From a virus (taxonomy: Duplodnaviria > Caudoviricetes): 47,179 nt of DNA. Under the pieces are notes generated by a model that saw only the letters and a list, made by a program, of their open reading frames with translations, ran no database searches and was not told the origin of the DNA. A program made the position numbers and the translations under genes. The DNA lies in IMG/VR virus record IMGVR_UViG_3300031701_000001, positions 1 to 47,179 of that record; one strand, written 5' to 3'. Within the stretch, counting starts at the first letter, position 1. Each line of letters begins with the position of its first letter. Positions 34,801 to 42,436 of the stretch are shown here, piece by piece.

Positions 34801-37800
34801 TAAGAACATTAGCTTCCTCTATGTTAAGGCCAAGCACATCAGCTACGGCTTGCTTGAATCTGCTCCATAGATTTGCCGTCCCGCTTACGCCTCCCTCGCG
34901 CTGCACACCCCCCTTAAAGTTATCAAGCCCTAGCTCAGAGACTTTGATGCCCTTCAAGTAGTTCCTAAACGTGGGGTTAGACCACGCTTCAGCAATCATC
35001 TCATCAAGATTTGTTGCCCCGTATAAATCTTTCCTCTTGAAGTCATCCCGCAGCAGCAGCCTGTTGTACATCCAATGAAGTTCCGCCGCCGCCAGTTCTT
35101 CGCGGGAGACGGGGTCTTCGCGGAAAGATGCCTCTTTGCCCGCCTTCTCCGAAATGACCTCAAGCCACTCGCTAGTATTGTCATAGGTTCTTGCCCTTTC
35201 ACCGCCGTGATCCTCAAACAGCCCAAGCCGATCCATAGAATCTTGAACGACATTGCTAATTTTCCGTATGGCCTTCGCGTGTGCTGCTTCGTGAAGAGTT
35301 ACTCCGGTTAAACTTGGAGACTCACGAGATACTTCAATGGAATGCCTCCGCGTACTGTATGCTCCCCACGTTTTCGACGCACTGCCCGCCATTTGTGAGT
35401 TAAGATTGGGCTTAAATGAAAGCGCAGCGGCCTCGGTGGTTCCTTTCATCAGCCCTTCAGCCAGTGTTCTTGCCTCGGCAGACGGGCTTTCTTTGGCTAT
35501 AACCTCCAGTGCTTCGTTGTCAGTTTTACTCTGTGAAATTCTTTCATCGACCGCCGGGGTTGTCTCTATGGTATACGCATCTGCTCTGCCAGAAGTCTCA
35601 GCCTCTGCTGCCATTGGATCAAAGGCGTATTGCCTAGTACCATCGCCAACATCCCCCCTTGCTCGATCAAGGTCTCGCTTGATAACTGGGATCACCTTCT
35701 CCACGGGAGCCAACTCTCGCGTCAAGGCATCTACGATGTAGACCTCCCCATCCTTGCCCTTCAGCACATTCTGGTGATGCAGATCGCCATGCACAAAGGA
35801 TCGGTTTCCGATCACCGAGACCGCTCGCTTGACATCATCACCGATCATTACCTCAACTCCTGTGGGGGGCATCAGTTCTAGATTGCGGGTGCGGAGGTGC
35901 TTGGCAAGGTCATCGGGTGATGTGTCAACTGCATTAACATAGCGTTGCTTCGTTACAATGCCGCTCTCTACCACGCCAACAATCTCGGTGAAGACAAAGC
36001 CCCCATGATTGTTCTCTGCCCGCAGCCTCTCGGAAAACTGAAGGAAACTCTGGTTCTTATGGAGACTGTACCCCTCCAAATAGCCCGATTGATCGGCGCG
36101 GAAGTGACCCACCGGAGCCGCTTTGCCAATCCCTCCATCGGGCAGCAAGTTTACGATCTTGTACACCGCCATATTATCAATATCGAGGTACACCTCCGCC
36201 TCAGAGCCTTTATCGTGGTACTTGTATTCCCCCTCCAGCTTGGAGCGGGAAAGGAGCCGCAACTCGCGGCGAAGATTCTTGATGAGAGGGGCAGCTTTAT
36301 CGACTGCGACATCTTCAGTGGGGTGAAGCAGCGCGTCGAGTGTGAATACAGACGCTTCGTCTGGGGTTAGACCGAGACCAAGCCCGATTTCCTCAGACGC
36401 TCTAAAGATGCCTTGTGAGATTGCCGCCGCTCTTCTTCGGACATTATCGGAGAAGTCGGCCCCGTGGGCGGGTAACCTCTCGCCTCCCAAAGTTGTTTTA
36501 ATCGGGCTTGAATTTCTGGGGGGTAGGATTCCAGACTGGGCTTTGGTGAATTGGTCGCGCTTAAAGGCATTGGCGTTACTGTACTCCGACATTTCGCTTT
36601 CGTCAAGGGGATCAAAGGCCCATTGAGCGTGGTCTTTCGTCCCCGACTTCTCTGACATTCTCTTCTTGAACTCTTTGTTGGCGTTCTCTAATAAGACACG
36701 GTATTTCTTTCTAGTGATCCCTAGGTCTGTGTAAGATTCTACACCAGTCATCCCCTTCATCGTGTTTCTCAGAACGGCGGCTTGATCTGCGTCCATCTCA
36801 CTCAGCACCTCTTCCATCCTCTCGGCGCGTTGCTCAAGAGACAACACCTCATCTGGAGTGACGGCCCCCGTGTCTTGCATCACATCGCCAACCGTGCCGC
36901 CATCTTCCCCTACCTCCTTTTGCATCGAGGTGGCATCCGCGAGATTCGTCCTCACCCCAGTTGCGCCTATGCCTTCTTTGGAGCGAGTGAAATCAATTGC
37001 TAGAAGCCCTGCTCGTCGGCCAAGGGCACTGGCTAATTGCTTGTCCGACATGGCATCGAATTGCCCAGCAGCCGCTTGTTTAAGTAATGCATCCTCTACA
37101 AAAATCCGAGCCGCATCCCTCTGGTTGGCGGGCAGCTTATTAACTGCGCGGCCAGCAGCAGCCATGATCCGTTCAGCAACTGCTTCCGCATCGCGCCCAT
37201 CGATTTGCTCTTGCACCAGTGCCGCTGCATCAGCCTTAGCCTTCTCGGTAATTTCAGCCCGCGCCTTCTTTGCCGCTTCGTCCCGTGCTTCTGCGTCCGC
37301 CTCGGACTTCGCGGTTCTTGCATCTGCCCGTTCCGTTGCTGCCTCGGCCCCTGCTTTCTCAGTGGTTGGCTTTGCTGCCTTCTTCTTCGCGGGCTTAACC
37401 TCTGCTGCCTCCGCTGCTTCCGCTGCTTCCGCTGCTTCCGCTGCTTCCGCTGCTTCGTCTGCCGCCTCGGCCATTGCATCCTCGTCCAAGGCTGCTTCTT
37501 CCGCTGCCTCTGCTGCCTCCTCCTCCTTCTTCGCGGGCTTAACCTCCTCCGCTGCTTTCACCTCGGTCTTGGCCACCTCGGTCTTGGCTACTTCGGTCTC
37601 GGCCACCTCGGCCCCCTTGCCCTTCTGGGTCTTGAGGAACTTCTCGACTGCCTTGATCTCCTTCGCGATGCGCGGGTTGATTAACGTGCCCGTAGTCTTC
37701 TTGAAGAACCGGATGATGGAGTTGAGAGCTTTAGTTAGGTAACTATCGTTCTTCGGTTGCCATCCTTCCGTTGTCTTACCCGTAGCAATGCGCTGCCACG

Positions 37801-39829
37801 AATACCTAATAAATTCCTCGGCCAATTGCGCTTCGCTCTCTTGTTCCCCCCGCTTCTTGCGAATCTTGAGAATCTTGGTGCGCTCTTTCTCCGTCATCTC
37901 ACTCCACACACCCTCCAATTTCTCCTCGCGGAAAGATGTCCAAGCAGCCGTGTCGGATGGATCGCCTCCCGCTGCCAGAAAATCTGCGAACATTGCACGG
38001 TCACGGGCAACATGTCGGCCCTCTTCGTCTACGGCCCTCGCGATGTAGTCGGGGCGACGAGCAACAGCATTGTTGTCCTTCGTAAGGAAGTCCAAGTCCA
38101 CCTCGATTACCCCGCTACCCCTGTCTTCGGGCCTAACAAAAATGCCACCGCCACCTCGGTTAGTCTTGATGCTCAATGTCCCAGACTCCAGCCCCAGCCG
38201 CTCTTCCACTTCCTTCACCGCCTTGACTACCGGAGTCATCACTGCACTGGACTGCTCGTCAGCTAACGAGGCATCAGTGACATCAATGGTAACACCGTCA
38301 CGCTTGATTACCTTGGGCTTGGTGCGGGCGGGCATTGTGGGAAGGTCGGGATCGGAGCGATCAGTGACGGCATAGTTTCCTTCCTCATCAAGAATCTCGA
38401 TAGTCTCGCGGCCCGGTTTATCTAGTCGTGACTGCGACTCAACCCCCGCTGCGGAGTCTTCCATTGCTTCGGCTGCTGGCCCTTGAGGGAATGCGTCCTT
38501 GGCCAAGACTCCAGTCATATCAAAGACAATCTCTTCCCGAAGGAGTTTGGCCTTTTTCTCTAATACTTCTGCGGTTTCTGGAGAATTATTTTCTCTCGCT
38601 TCTTTTGCATGCTTCTCAAGTTCCGCTGCTCGCTGCGCCTTGCGCTGAACACTGGCAACCGAGGAATGAACCCCCCCGAAAAGAGCCCCCACCAAGCCGC
38701 CAACCAACGCAGCTTCCCCTAGTCCATGTCTTACGTCTCTTAGCTCATCGTACTTGGCTAGATGTGCAGCGGTAAGGTTGAGCAAGAGTGTCTGTCCAGC
38801 TTCTTGCGTGGCCTCTGATGCCGCTGCCCCAGCCACATTACCAAGGTAAGAGCCAGCGATATCTCCCCATCTACCCTTTGAAGCCCTATCCATTCTCGCA
38901 AGTAATTTTGAACTTGCGCCCCCCGCGCCGAATGCCTCAGTAAGTCCACCCACTGCATTAATGCCGAACGCAAGCCACAGCTTGTTAAGTTCTTCTGGCG
39001 TTGGTTCTCGGCCCTCGTCCGCTGCCTTCTTGTAAACATGGTAACGGGCATCCTCCCAGCCACCAACGCCGTTAACTGCTGCGCCAAGTGGGGCGACACC
39101 CTTCCACCGATACATTGCCGCCAAGGCTTGCTGCTCTGCTATTCCTCCCTCGGCAAACTTGGCTGCAATTTCTTTCGTCTTGAGTGCGCCGATCTTTTCA
39201 AGCTCCTTCAACGTGGCTCCAGAGACCGGGCCACCGTGGGCTAACCCCCTTGTTGCATCTGTCTTGGCTGCTTGTTTGGCCAGAGCTTTCTTGCCAGTAG
39301 CTAGTACTGAGGCTTTTGTTGCAGCCTTAAACGGTGCAGCAAGAAGCCCACCTCCAGCCATGAACCCTAGACCAGAGCCAATTCCGCTTGCAGCCTTGTC
39401 AGCCCAAAATTCCCCCTCGTATTCTGGGTTTCTCCACTCATCTGGGAAAATCGCTTTCCCCATCTCATCAAAGCCAACACCTATTTGGTAAAGAGGGTTA
39501 TAAGTGAGCGGTGTGTCCAAGGGTTCCCCCGCAATCCCGCCAAGAGTTTTATCTATCGCGAATTTCCCAACAAGACCGCCAGCCTTAAACAAGTCGGCCA
39601 CTGCGGTGCTGACGAAAGTTTGGCCAAGGCCAACAACAGCAGTGCTAAATCGCCCTCGTTCTAACCGCGCAAAACGCTTTTCCCTCGCCGCCCTTTCCCT
39701 CTCATCCATGTGGGATACATCTCGACCCATTGTCCCCGAAGGGCTGGCGTAAAGGTACGAAATATTATCTTCCTCTTCGTAAACCTCCTCCAACGAAAGT
39801 GGTTGCTTGTCTTGTTCTGTGACCTCCAT
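28766..39829 (-). CDS. Giant polyvalent virion/ejection protein (3687 aa): sigma-like, kinase-like, two zincin peptidase and other modules
   Basis: Uninterrupted 11-kb ORF with an AGGAG RBS; last gene of the podovirus-like tail/ejection operon; HExxH twice, HGDLHxxN, ECF-like regions 2 and 4, five AFDP-type motifs. Confidence 0.9.
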   Translation of the reverse strand: MEVTEQDKQPLSLEEVYEEEDNISYLYASPSGTMGRDVSHMDERERAAREKRFARLERGRFSTAVVGLGQTFVSTAVADLFKAGGLVGKFAIDKTLGGIAGEPLDTPLTYNPLYQIGVGFDEMGKAIFPDEWRNPEYEGEFWADKAASGIGSGLGFMAGGGLLAAPFKAATKASVLATGKKALAKQAAKTDATRGLAHGGPVSGATLKELEKIGALKTKEIAAKFAEGGIAEQQALAAMYRWKGVAPLGAAVNGVGGWEDARYHVYKKAADEGREPTPEELNKLWLAFGINAVGGLTEAFGAGGASSKLLARMDRASKGRWGDIAGSYLGNVAGAAASEATQEAGQTLLLNLTAAHLAKYDELRDVRHGLGEAALVGGLVGALFGGVHSSVASVQRKAQRAAELEKHAKEARENNSPETAEVLEKKAKLLREEIVFDMTGVLAKDAFPQGPAAEAMEDSAAGVESQSRLDKPGRETIEILDEEGNYAVTDRSDPDLPTMPARTKPKVIKRDGVTIDVTDASLADEQSSAVMTPVVKAVKEVEERLGLESGTLSIKTNRGGGGIFVRPEDRGSGVIEVDLDFLTKDNNAVARRPDYIARAVDEEGRHVARDRAMFADFLAAGGDPSDTAAWTSFREEKLEGVWSEMTEKERTKILKIRKKRGEQESEAQLAEEFIRYSWQRIATGKTTEGWQPKNDSYLTKALNSIIRFFKKTTGTLINPRIAKEIKAVEKFLKTQKGKGAEVAETEVAKTEVAKTEVKAAEEVKPAKKEEEAAEAAEEAALDEDAMAEAADEAAEAAEAAEAAEAAEAAEVKPAKKKAAKPTTEKAGAEAATERADARTAKSEADAEARDEAAKKARAEITEKAKADAAALVQEQIDGRDAEAVAERIMAAAGRAVNKLPANQRDAARIFVEDALLKQAAAGQFDAMSDKQLASALGRRAGLLAIDFTRSKEGIGATGVRTNLADATSMQKEVGEDGGTVGDVMQDTGAVTPDEVLSLEQRAERMEEVLSEMDADQAAVLRNTMKGMTGVESYTDLGITRKKYRVLLENANKEFKKRMSEKSGTKDHAQWAFDPLDESEMSEYSNANAFKRDQFTKAQSGILPPRNSSPIKTTLGGERLPAHGADFSDNVRRRAAAISQGIFRASEEIGLGLGLTPDEASVFTLDALLHPTEDVAVDKAAPLIKNLRRELRLLSRSKLEGEYKYHDKGSEAEVYLDIDNMAVYKIVNLLPDGGIGKAAPVGHFRADQSGYLEGYSLHKNQSFLQFSERLRAENNHGGFVFTEIVGVVESGIVTKQRYVNAVDTSPDDLAKHLRTRNLELMPPTGVEVMIGDDVKRAVSVIGNRSFVHGDLHHQNVLKGKDGEVYIVDALTRELAPVEKVIPVIKRDLDRARGDVGDGTRQYAFDPMAAEAETSGRADAYTIETTPAVDERISQSKTDNEALEVIAKESPSAEARTLAEGLMKGTTEAAALSFKPNLNSQMAGSASKTWGAYSTRRHSIEVSRESPSLTGVTLHEAAHAKAIRKISNVVQDSMDRLGLFEDHGGERARTYDNTSEWLEVISEKAGKEASFREDPVSREELAAAELHWMYNRLLLRDDFKRKDLYGATNLDEMIAEAWSNPTFRNYLKGIKVSELGLDNFKGGVQREGGVSGTANLWSRFKQAVADVLGLNIEEANVLSRVMDSSSTVMESETSSRKDWRSFGDVRSESKQFAFDPMHPKTSKEYLEYDKSVREFAPVESAPVESPPLESELDNPTPAESAEAARIDRALALNEGVSNSPEFLKGLFDAPPTAHGNLEYIIANGNELEKVMSEQVLKGTTPDIPIEHVLDDFSKTSAWKPDVVQETGELKDSIRMSAQIKEYTTTTIHEIVHGKTSRAHDDVVKRSADRLGGENFWLNQRERGLNSEWVAAVIDDFTKGGKPSESEIAVVELNLIHHRLSNQPESFYKGAKDSRVGYSSNQYYYGLADVHEMMAEAMSDRKFQKFLQSIKMSDIADPAEQRNSFYPSMGRLNSLWDTLKRHIATLLGISYNDVTVLARVQSATSTLMERPENVELTHIDTRESLENKRIEEARRGRRRPDSTKQFAFDPMAGDLDVSHTGNAGFFSKMIAVTERLPQDVWTPDQLLAKLKKSPGVTQDEIDILGLEEELNTQAYDREWRLAVSDHENLKPGQVHKEDVAAFIRMNQVTVDEVVAEGSETRWETYGQGDLVLKGYEPGTYREMRLTVPLNPTMMGDADAPVKYQSSHWRDMNVVVHVRFDDRVDENGNKILFIEELQSDWAKDYRNALGEGMGFTAEELAKWKADLKHYKALRDRTQKYRLKRDEKTMGDMTDAEFDKALADRDKNRNARVRSKQLANKLYHNYNNIVMRLEQKISDAEDSGGGNRLTPEPTMKARHNDLAVKRMLRWAIENGYSKVSWMNGTETAKRYSKLDIPVKSLKISRDQKKVVDGVRQWTYTVRYFGKEEDDSGGNREEIRLPGYHTDVTKSKLAKLIGKKGAEEAASAADEQHEAVLATIPSGSSRTFKSNLENFLLTPEASYTLEKEVSQMDWAYMLYDQIIPKKFKKYAKKAGGSGALTDTVLSHQEGFELIVADPSEGSYTPSTHKTKKAAQSIVMEEAAQHAESMYEFPEWVEVKQRERDFSGIKKKEGEYALLYLADKRSGKQLTNAVGGSGLGATVFHGDIVSQSDLLRMFKRKISIQSAYAVVHKGSVGGGITMDFSDVTGDQNTAHAEIFKPIADLVNEQVRNTTITEKTSSIVFQSIDIEQGMVDKNHELNATYAYDPLEGSTMSEEDAAKFATKEQIDAVITAGDNGDPVSVSFGGLGAKALRLIKGDWLSVVDTLEDIGLSKLAKRVYQYEIKKGEYQGKLFAGMRNWEKPLTSTEIKEAHEEAGKYFEIREDYGSTQAVHTLLTQMRKIKQRNQGAEQPDWTEYNRLERALSVIIKREARDARARAADHLTNMTNGNAINLIRVVEDTAEMTGGLSDELGIQVQEGKGKWRPLKNMGRLHYPRRLSQRVLDVINEPSRDPALYQSLKDALVRDGLESDAAAEEYLAGMISGAEMQGGEFMANVERARGLRMPKEFYDTSVDGYLQFLLQFSNRAAQVWAFSQTTNKSADAFGAAIKAARHDEAVRDYLKEVANTVYRRRQTPTKSSRFFERAVSITGISYLSGYFTAVRDFVSGVMLANEQFGFRATLPEGGRALVQAARAVGRTLRNVSQRNWKAESSELVEEAMGMGAITEDFQQAQIMEERLSEGKGDKAISEVGNKALYFKQSMDRLARGVTMGASLNWLRASRAIYANRKGEYLATQRVAALKRLKFTEEEAQLLLSGDQSLVEEFARRSVAEKQYTYSIAQHPLFMGNQGGITKLMLQFQRWTFQRGRDIIMNVTSPLVFGTKVGGKKYRTAMPAIRFLAGGMLFGELLQWLSGLFTDKERRDPSLEEIDKAEEEKLAKILERVTKNMVFTGATGFWGDYAMLAKEQATRGGRWKDPFKPPLFNLANDLIGAGRSWYQKGMSAEAAQQEFVEMARNIPLAKQTEGLGRGWYRRAEELATGKPAEGLWAAKRDLSYTRTLARRFGEETGISVESKFNGIFSDDKYTTKKVNLKDALLAGDIDAAREAKDALVEMGMSLRSLKSVVRSNQPIRVGMQTKADTQNAFLRWARKNVPSGVARINRVQDRYRNTAGRLGL
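37380..37610. repeat. Low-complexity E/A/K linker repeats in the giant gene
   Basis: (gctgcttcc)n encoding EAA repeats; cttcttcgcgggcttaacctc (EVKPAKK) twice; TEVAK repeats. Confidence 0.8.
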
Positions 39830-39838
39830 AATTTTCTC

Positions 39839-41506
39839 CTACCAATCCCAATCTTCACCCGTTTCAATTTTCGTAAGTTTACTCGCCTTGCCGGGGTTCC
39901 TCTCTCCTTTGAACATTTTACTAGTAAGTATCCAAATTCGATCTTTCTCTAAGTCTTCAACTATGGCTGGATAAGTCCATAGATGTATTTGTTCACCAGT
40001 GGTATCCCTGCTCCAATATATTCTCCCAATGTTTTCCTTCTTCTCGACTTCTTCCCACTGCGGTATCCCCTCTTCTTCATATACACTGTGACCCTTCTCC
40101 TCTAATTTATCTCTTAGGGAGTTTCTGGTTTTCTCTTTGTCTGGGCTAAACCCAAAATCCGCGCCCCTCCTATCATACGCGCCCCATCTATCATGCCCCA
40201 GTTTTGCCTTAAATGGCTCCGCAGTGTCGCCATCAGTCCCGTACTCCTTTGCATTCTTATTAACCCAGTCAACATCTCCTTCGCCATAAAACAGAGTGAA
40301 GGCATAATTGTATGCGTTCAAGACATCCCCATCCGTAAGCTCTTTTCCGGTTTCACTTGCGCCGGGAGTAAAGGAGTACACTTGAGACATGGCCTCCTCG
40401 CCAGTTACCCCCGTGCCACGCGCATTTCCGTACCGAGCCCTAACTGTCGCTTGTGCCAATTTTTCGAGGTCATCAGCGGGGGTGGCAGCGTGAGCGGGAT
40501 CAGCCCTCAGATTCTTAATCTCGTATGAAACATCTTTATTGAATTGAGAAGCGGAAGGCTTGCCGCCATCACTGCCTCGCGATGATGCCGGGTTAACGTA
40601 AACATTCACTGTCTTACCCTCGCTGTCGGTGGACTGATACAACTCAAGACCCCTCTCCTCTGCCGCTTGCCTTCTTATGGCATTGCCGTAGGTAACCTCG
40701 TCAATGATGCCGTTGGCTGAAGTGTAATCACCTTGGTTTACATTCATCGCACCCGGAGAACCAGCGTGTCGGGCAACTATGTCGGCAGTGTATGCGTTTG
40801 CTGCTTTAGTAAACTTAGCAGGGTCATTTATGTCTGATTCAGCAAGGTGTCCCTTACCCATAAGGAACAATTTTTGGGCATCCGATTGTTGCTTAATCTT
40901 AAAGGCCAAGCCCTTTGTCCGTTGCTCCTCTTTGTTGCCTACCGCATTAGAATAATGTGTATTGTACCTAGCGAGGTTATCACCAGAGAGCCCCGTGCTG
41001 TCTATTGCTTTCAAGTCTGAAAGACTTCTATTTGGGTCAGCAATTATCTGATTTATCAGATTAATCTTCTCCGAGAAAATCGGTGCTTCGCCATCTTGCC
41101 TAATCCTTTCCTCAAGAGTACTCTTGTTGATCTGCGTTTGTACCCTCGACGCACTCAACCTCGCAATGCCGTTCAACTGATCCAACTCATGCTTGTCCTC
41201 GTTCAAGATCAGTTGTTGCGCTGCGGCTTGGTTGCTCAACGAAAGGTTCTGATTTCTTTTTTGCGCCTCAATCATTTGAAGCGGATGCATGTCTGCCTTT
41301 TGCGCCATGTTCTGCATCTGCGTCTGGAGGTTCATCGCTGTCTGCGCACCCGACTGGGCCAAGCGTTGTTGTGCCTCAACAGATCGACTGGTCTCCGATT
41401 GCCGCGCCAGACTGGTGCGATCCTGCGAGGCCCGCTCTTGTTCTGCCGCCAGCCATGTCTTCTGCGGATCGGGTGCGATGTATCTTGGTGCAATTAAGTT
41501 AGCCAT
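39839..41506 (-). CDS. Probable internal virion/ejection protein (555 aa)
   Basis: Q-rich helical N-terminus; position just before the giant gene. Confidence 0.6.
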   Translation of the reverse strand: MANLIAPRYIAPDPQKTWLAAEQERASQDRTSLARQSETSRSVEAQQRLAQSGAQTAMNLQTQMQNMAQKADMHPLQMIEAQKRNQNLSLSNQAAAQQLILNEDKHELDQLNGIARLSASRVQTQINKSTLEERIRQDGEAPIFSEKINLINQIIADPNRSLSDLKAIDSTGLSGDNLARYNTHYSNAVGNKEEQRTKGLAFKIKQQSDAQKLFLMGKGHLAESDINDPAKFTKAANAYTADIVARHAGSPGAMNVNQGDYTSANGIIDEVTYGNAIRRQAAEERGLELYQSTDSEGKTVNVYVNPASSRGSDGGKPSASQFNKDVSYEIKNLRADPAHAATPADDLEKLAQATVRARYGNARGTGVTGEEAMSQVYSFTPGASETGKELTDGDVLNAYNYAFTLFYGEGDVDWVNKNAKEYGTDGDTAEPFKAKLGHDRWGAYDRRGADFGFSPDKEKTRNSLRDKLEEKGHSVYEEEGIPQWEEVEKKENIGRIYWSRDTTGEQIHLWTYPAIVEDLEKDRIWILTSKMFKGERNPGKASKLTKIETGEDWDW

Positions 41507-41527
41507 AATTTTAGTTCCTATGAGTCC

Positions 41528-42421
41528 TTATGCGTAAGCCTGTCCTGCTGGTAATGTTTGTAAATCCGTTGTTCCCAATGGGGGCGCGGGAGGATTATTT
41601 TTCCATTTCGGCAACTGGGTTTGGCGCGACAAATTGCGCGAAGAACCTTGGGATGCGTAGTTCGGGGAGGAGTAACCGCCCCTGTCTTGAAACTGTGTGT
41701 AGCCCTGCTGCCCACCGAACAGCATTGCGTTTCTAACTGGATTCAGCGGCCCTACTAGCTGCGGCCCTACGGGTTGCCCGATGCCAGCAATGTTAGCCCG
41801 CTGCTGCTCATCCCATGCCGCCCGTGCTGCGGGGTTAGGCATGCTTGCCGCCTCAGAATTCCACGAGGCAATCTGGGCGGAAAAATCTGCATTACGTTGG
41901 TTGGCTGAGATTGTGTTGTTAGCCGAGGAGAACGAGTCACCAATGTAACCCAAGCTGGCTTGCCGCTCTGCCCCAAATGCATTCATTACCGTGGGGGCAA
42001 GGGATGATAGGGTCTGCACCCCCTGCTGTTGCACCCCGTAAGTATTCAGCCCGTAATTAGCCAACTCACCAAACCCAGAGAACTGACTGCCGGGCATACC
42101 CATATCAATGCCTCGACTTGCTGCACGGTTAGCCAGTTGCTTCTCAAAGTCCGCGCCCATTTCTCCCTTCGCCCATGTCTTGCCCATGTCAATCGCCGTG
42201 CCTATGCCCTCACTGAAGCCGGGGAAATACTTCTCCACCGCGCTCATCAATGCATCGGTACTCTTGCCCAGAAGTTGCCCCCCTAGCTCGGTAGCCTTGG
42301 GCATGATCTCTTCGTCCGTCTTGCCCTTGTCCTTTTGGGTCTGGGCAATGTCGATGGACGTATCATCCAGTGGCTTCTTTGGGCTTCCGAATGTAGCCTC
42401 GTAGTCGGTATGTTTAGGCAT
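41528..42421 (-). CDS. Probable DNA ejection/pilot protein (297 aa)
   Basis: G/Q/A-rich with an AASRG...G motif; first of three ejection-type genes. Confidence 0.55.
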   Translation of the reverse strand: MPKHTDYEATFGSPKKPLDDTSIDIAQTQKDKGKTDEEIMPKATELGGQLLGKSTDALMSAVEKYFPGFSEGIGTAIDMGKTWAKGEMGADFEKQLANRAASRGIDMGMPGSQFSGFGELANYGLNTYGVQQQGVQTLSSLAPTVMNAFGAERQASLGYIGDSFSSANNTISANQRNADFSAQIASWNSEAASMPNPAARAAWDEQQRANIAGIGQPVGPQLVGPLNPVRNAMLFGGQQGYTQFQDRGGYSSPNYASQGSSRNLSRQTQLPKWKNNPPAPPLGTTDLQTLPAGQAYA

Positions 42422-42436
42422 AATATGTTTCTCCTG

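Noticed and set aside
36858-37742. Long antisense ORFs (e.g. 36858-37742, 4537-5076, 14861-15445, 34386-34961)
   Set aside because: These are shadows of repetitive or biased coding sequence on the opposite strand, with no recognisable motifs.
28766-39829. Giant protein as a virion RNA polymerase (N4- or crAss-like)
   Set aside because: I found no DxDGD or T7-type polymerase motifs by eye; an HHpred scan is needed to exclude this fully.
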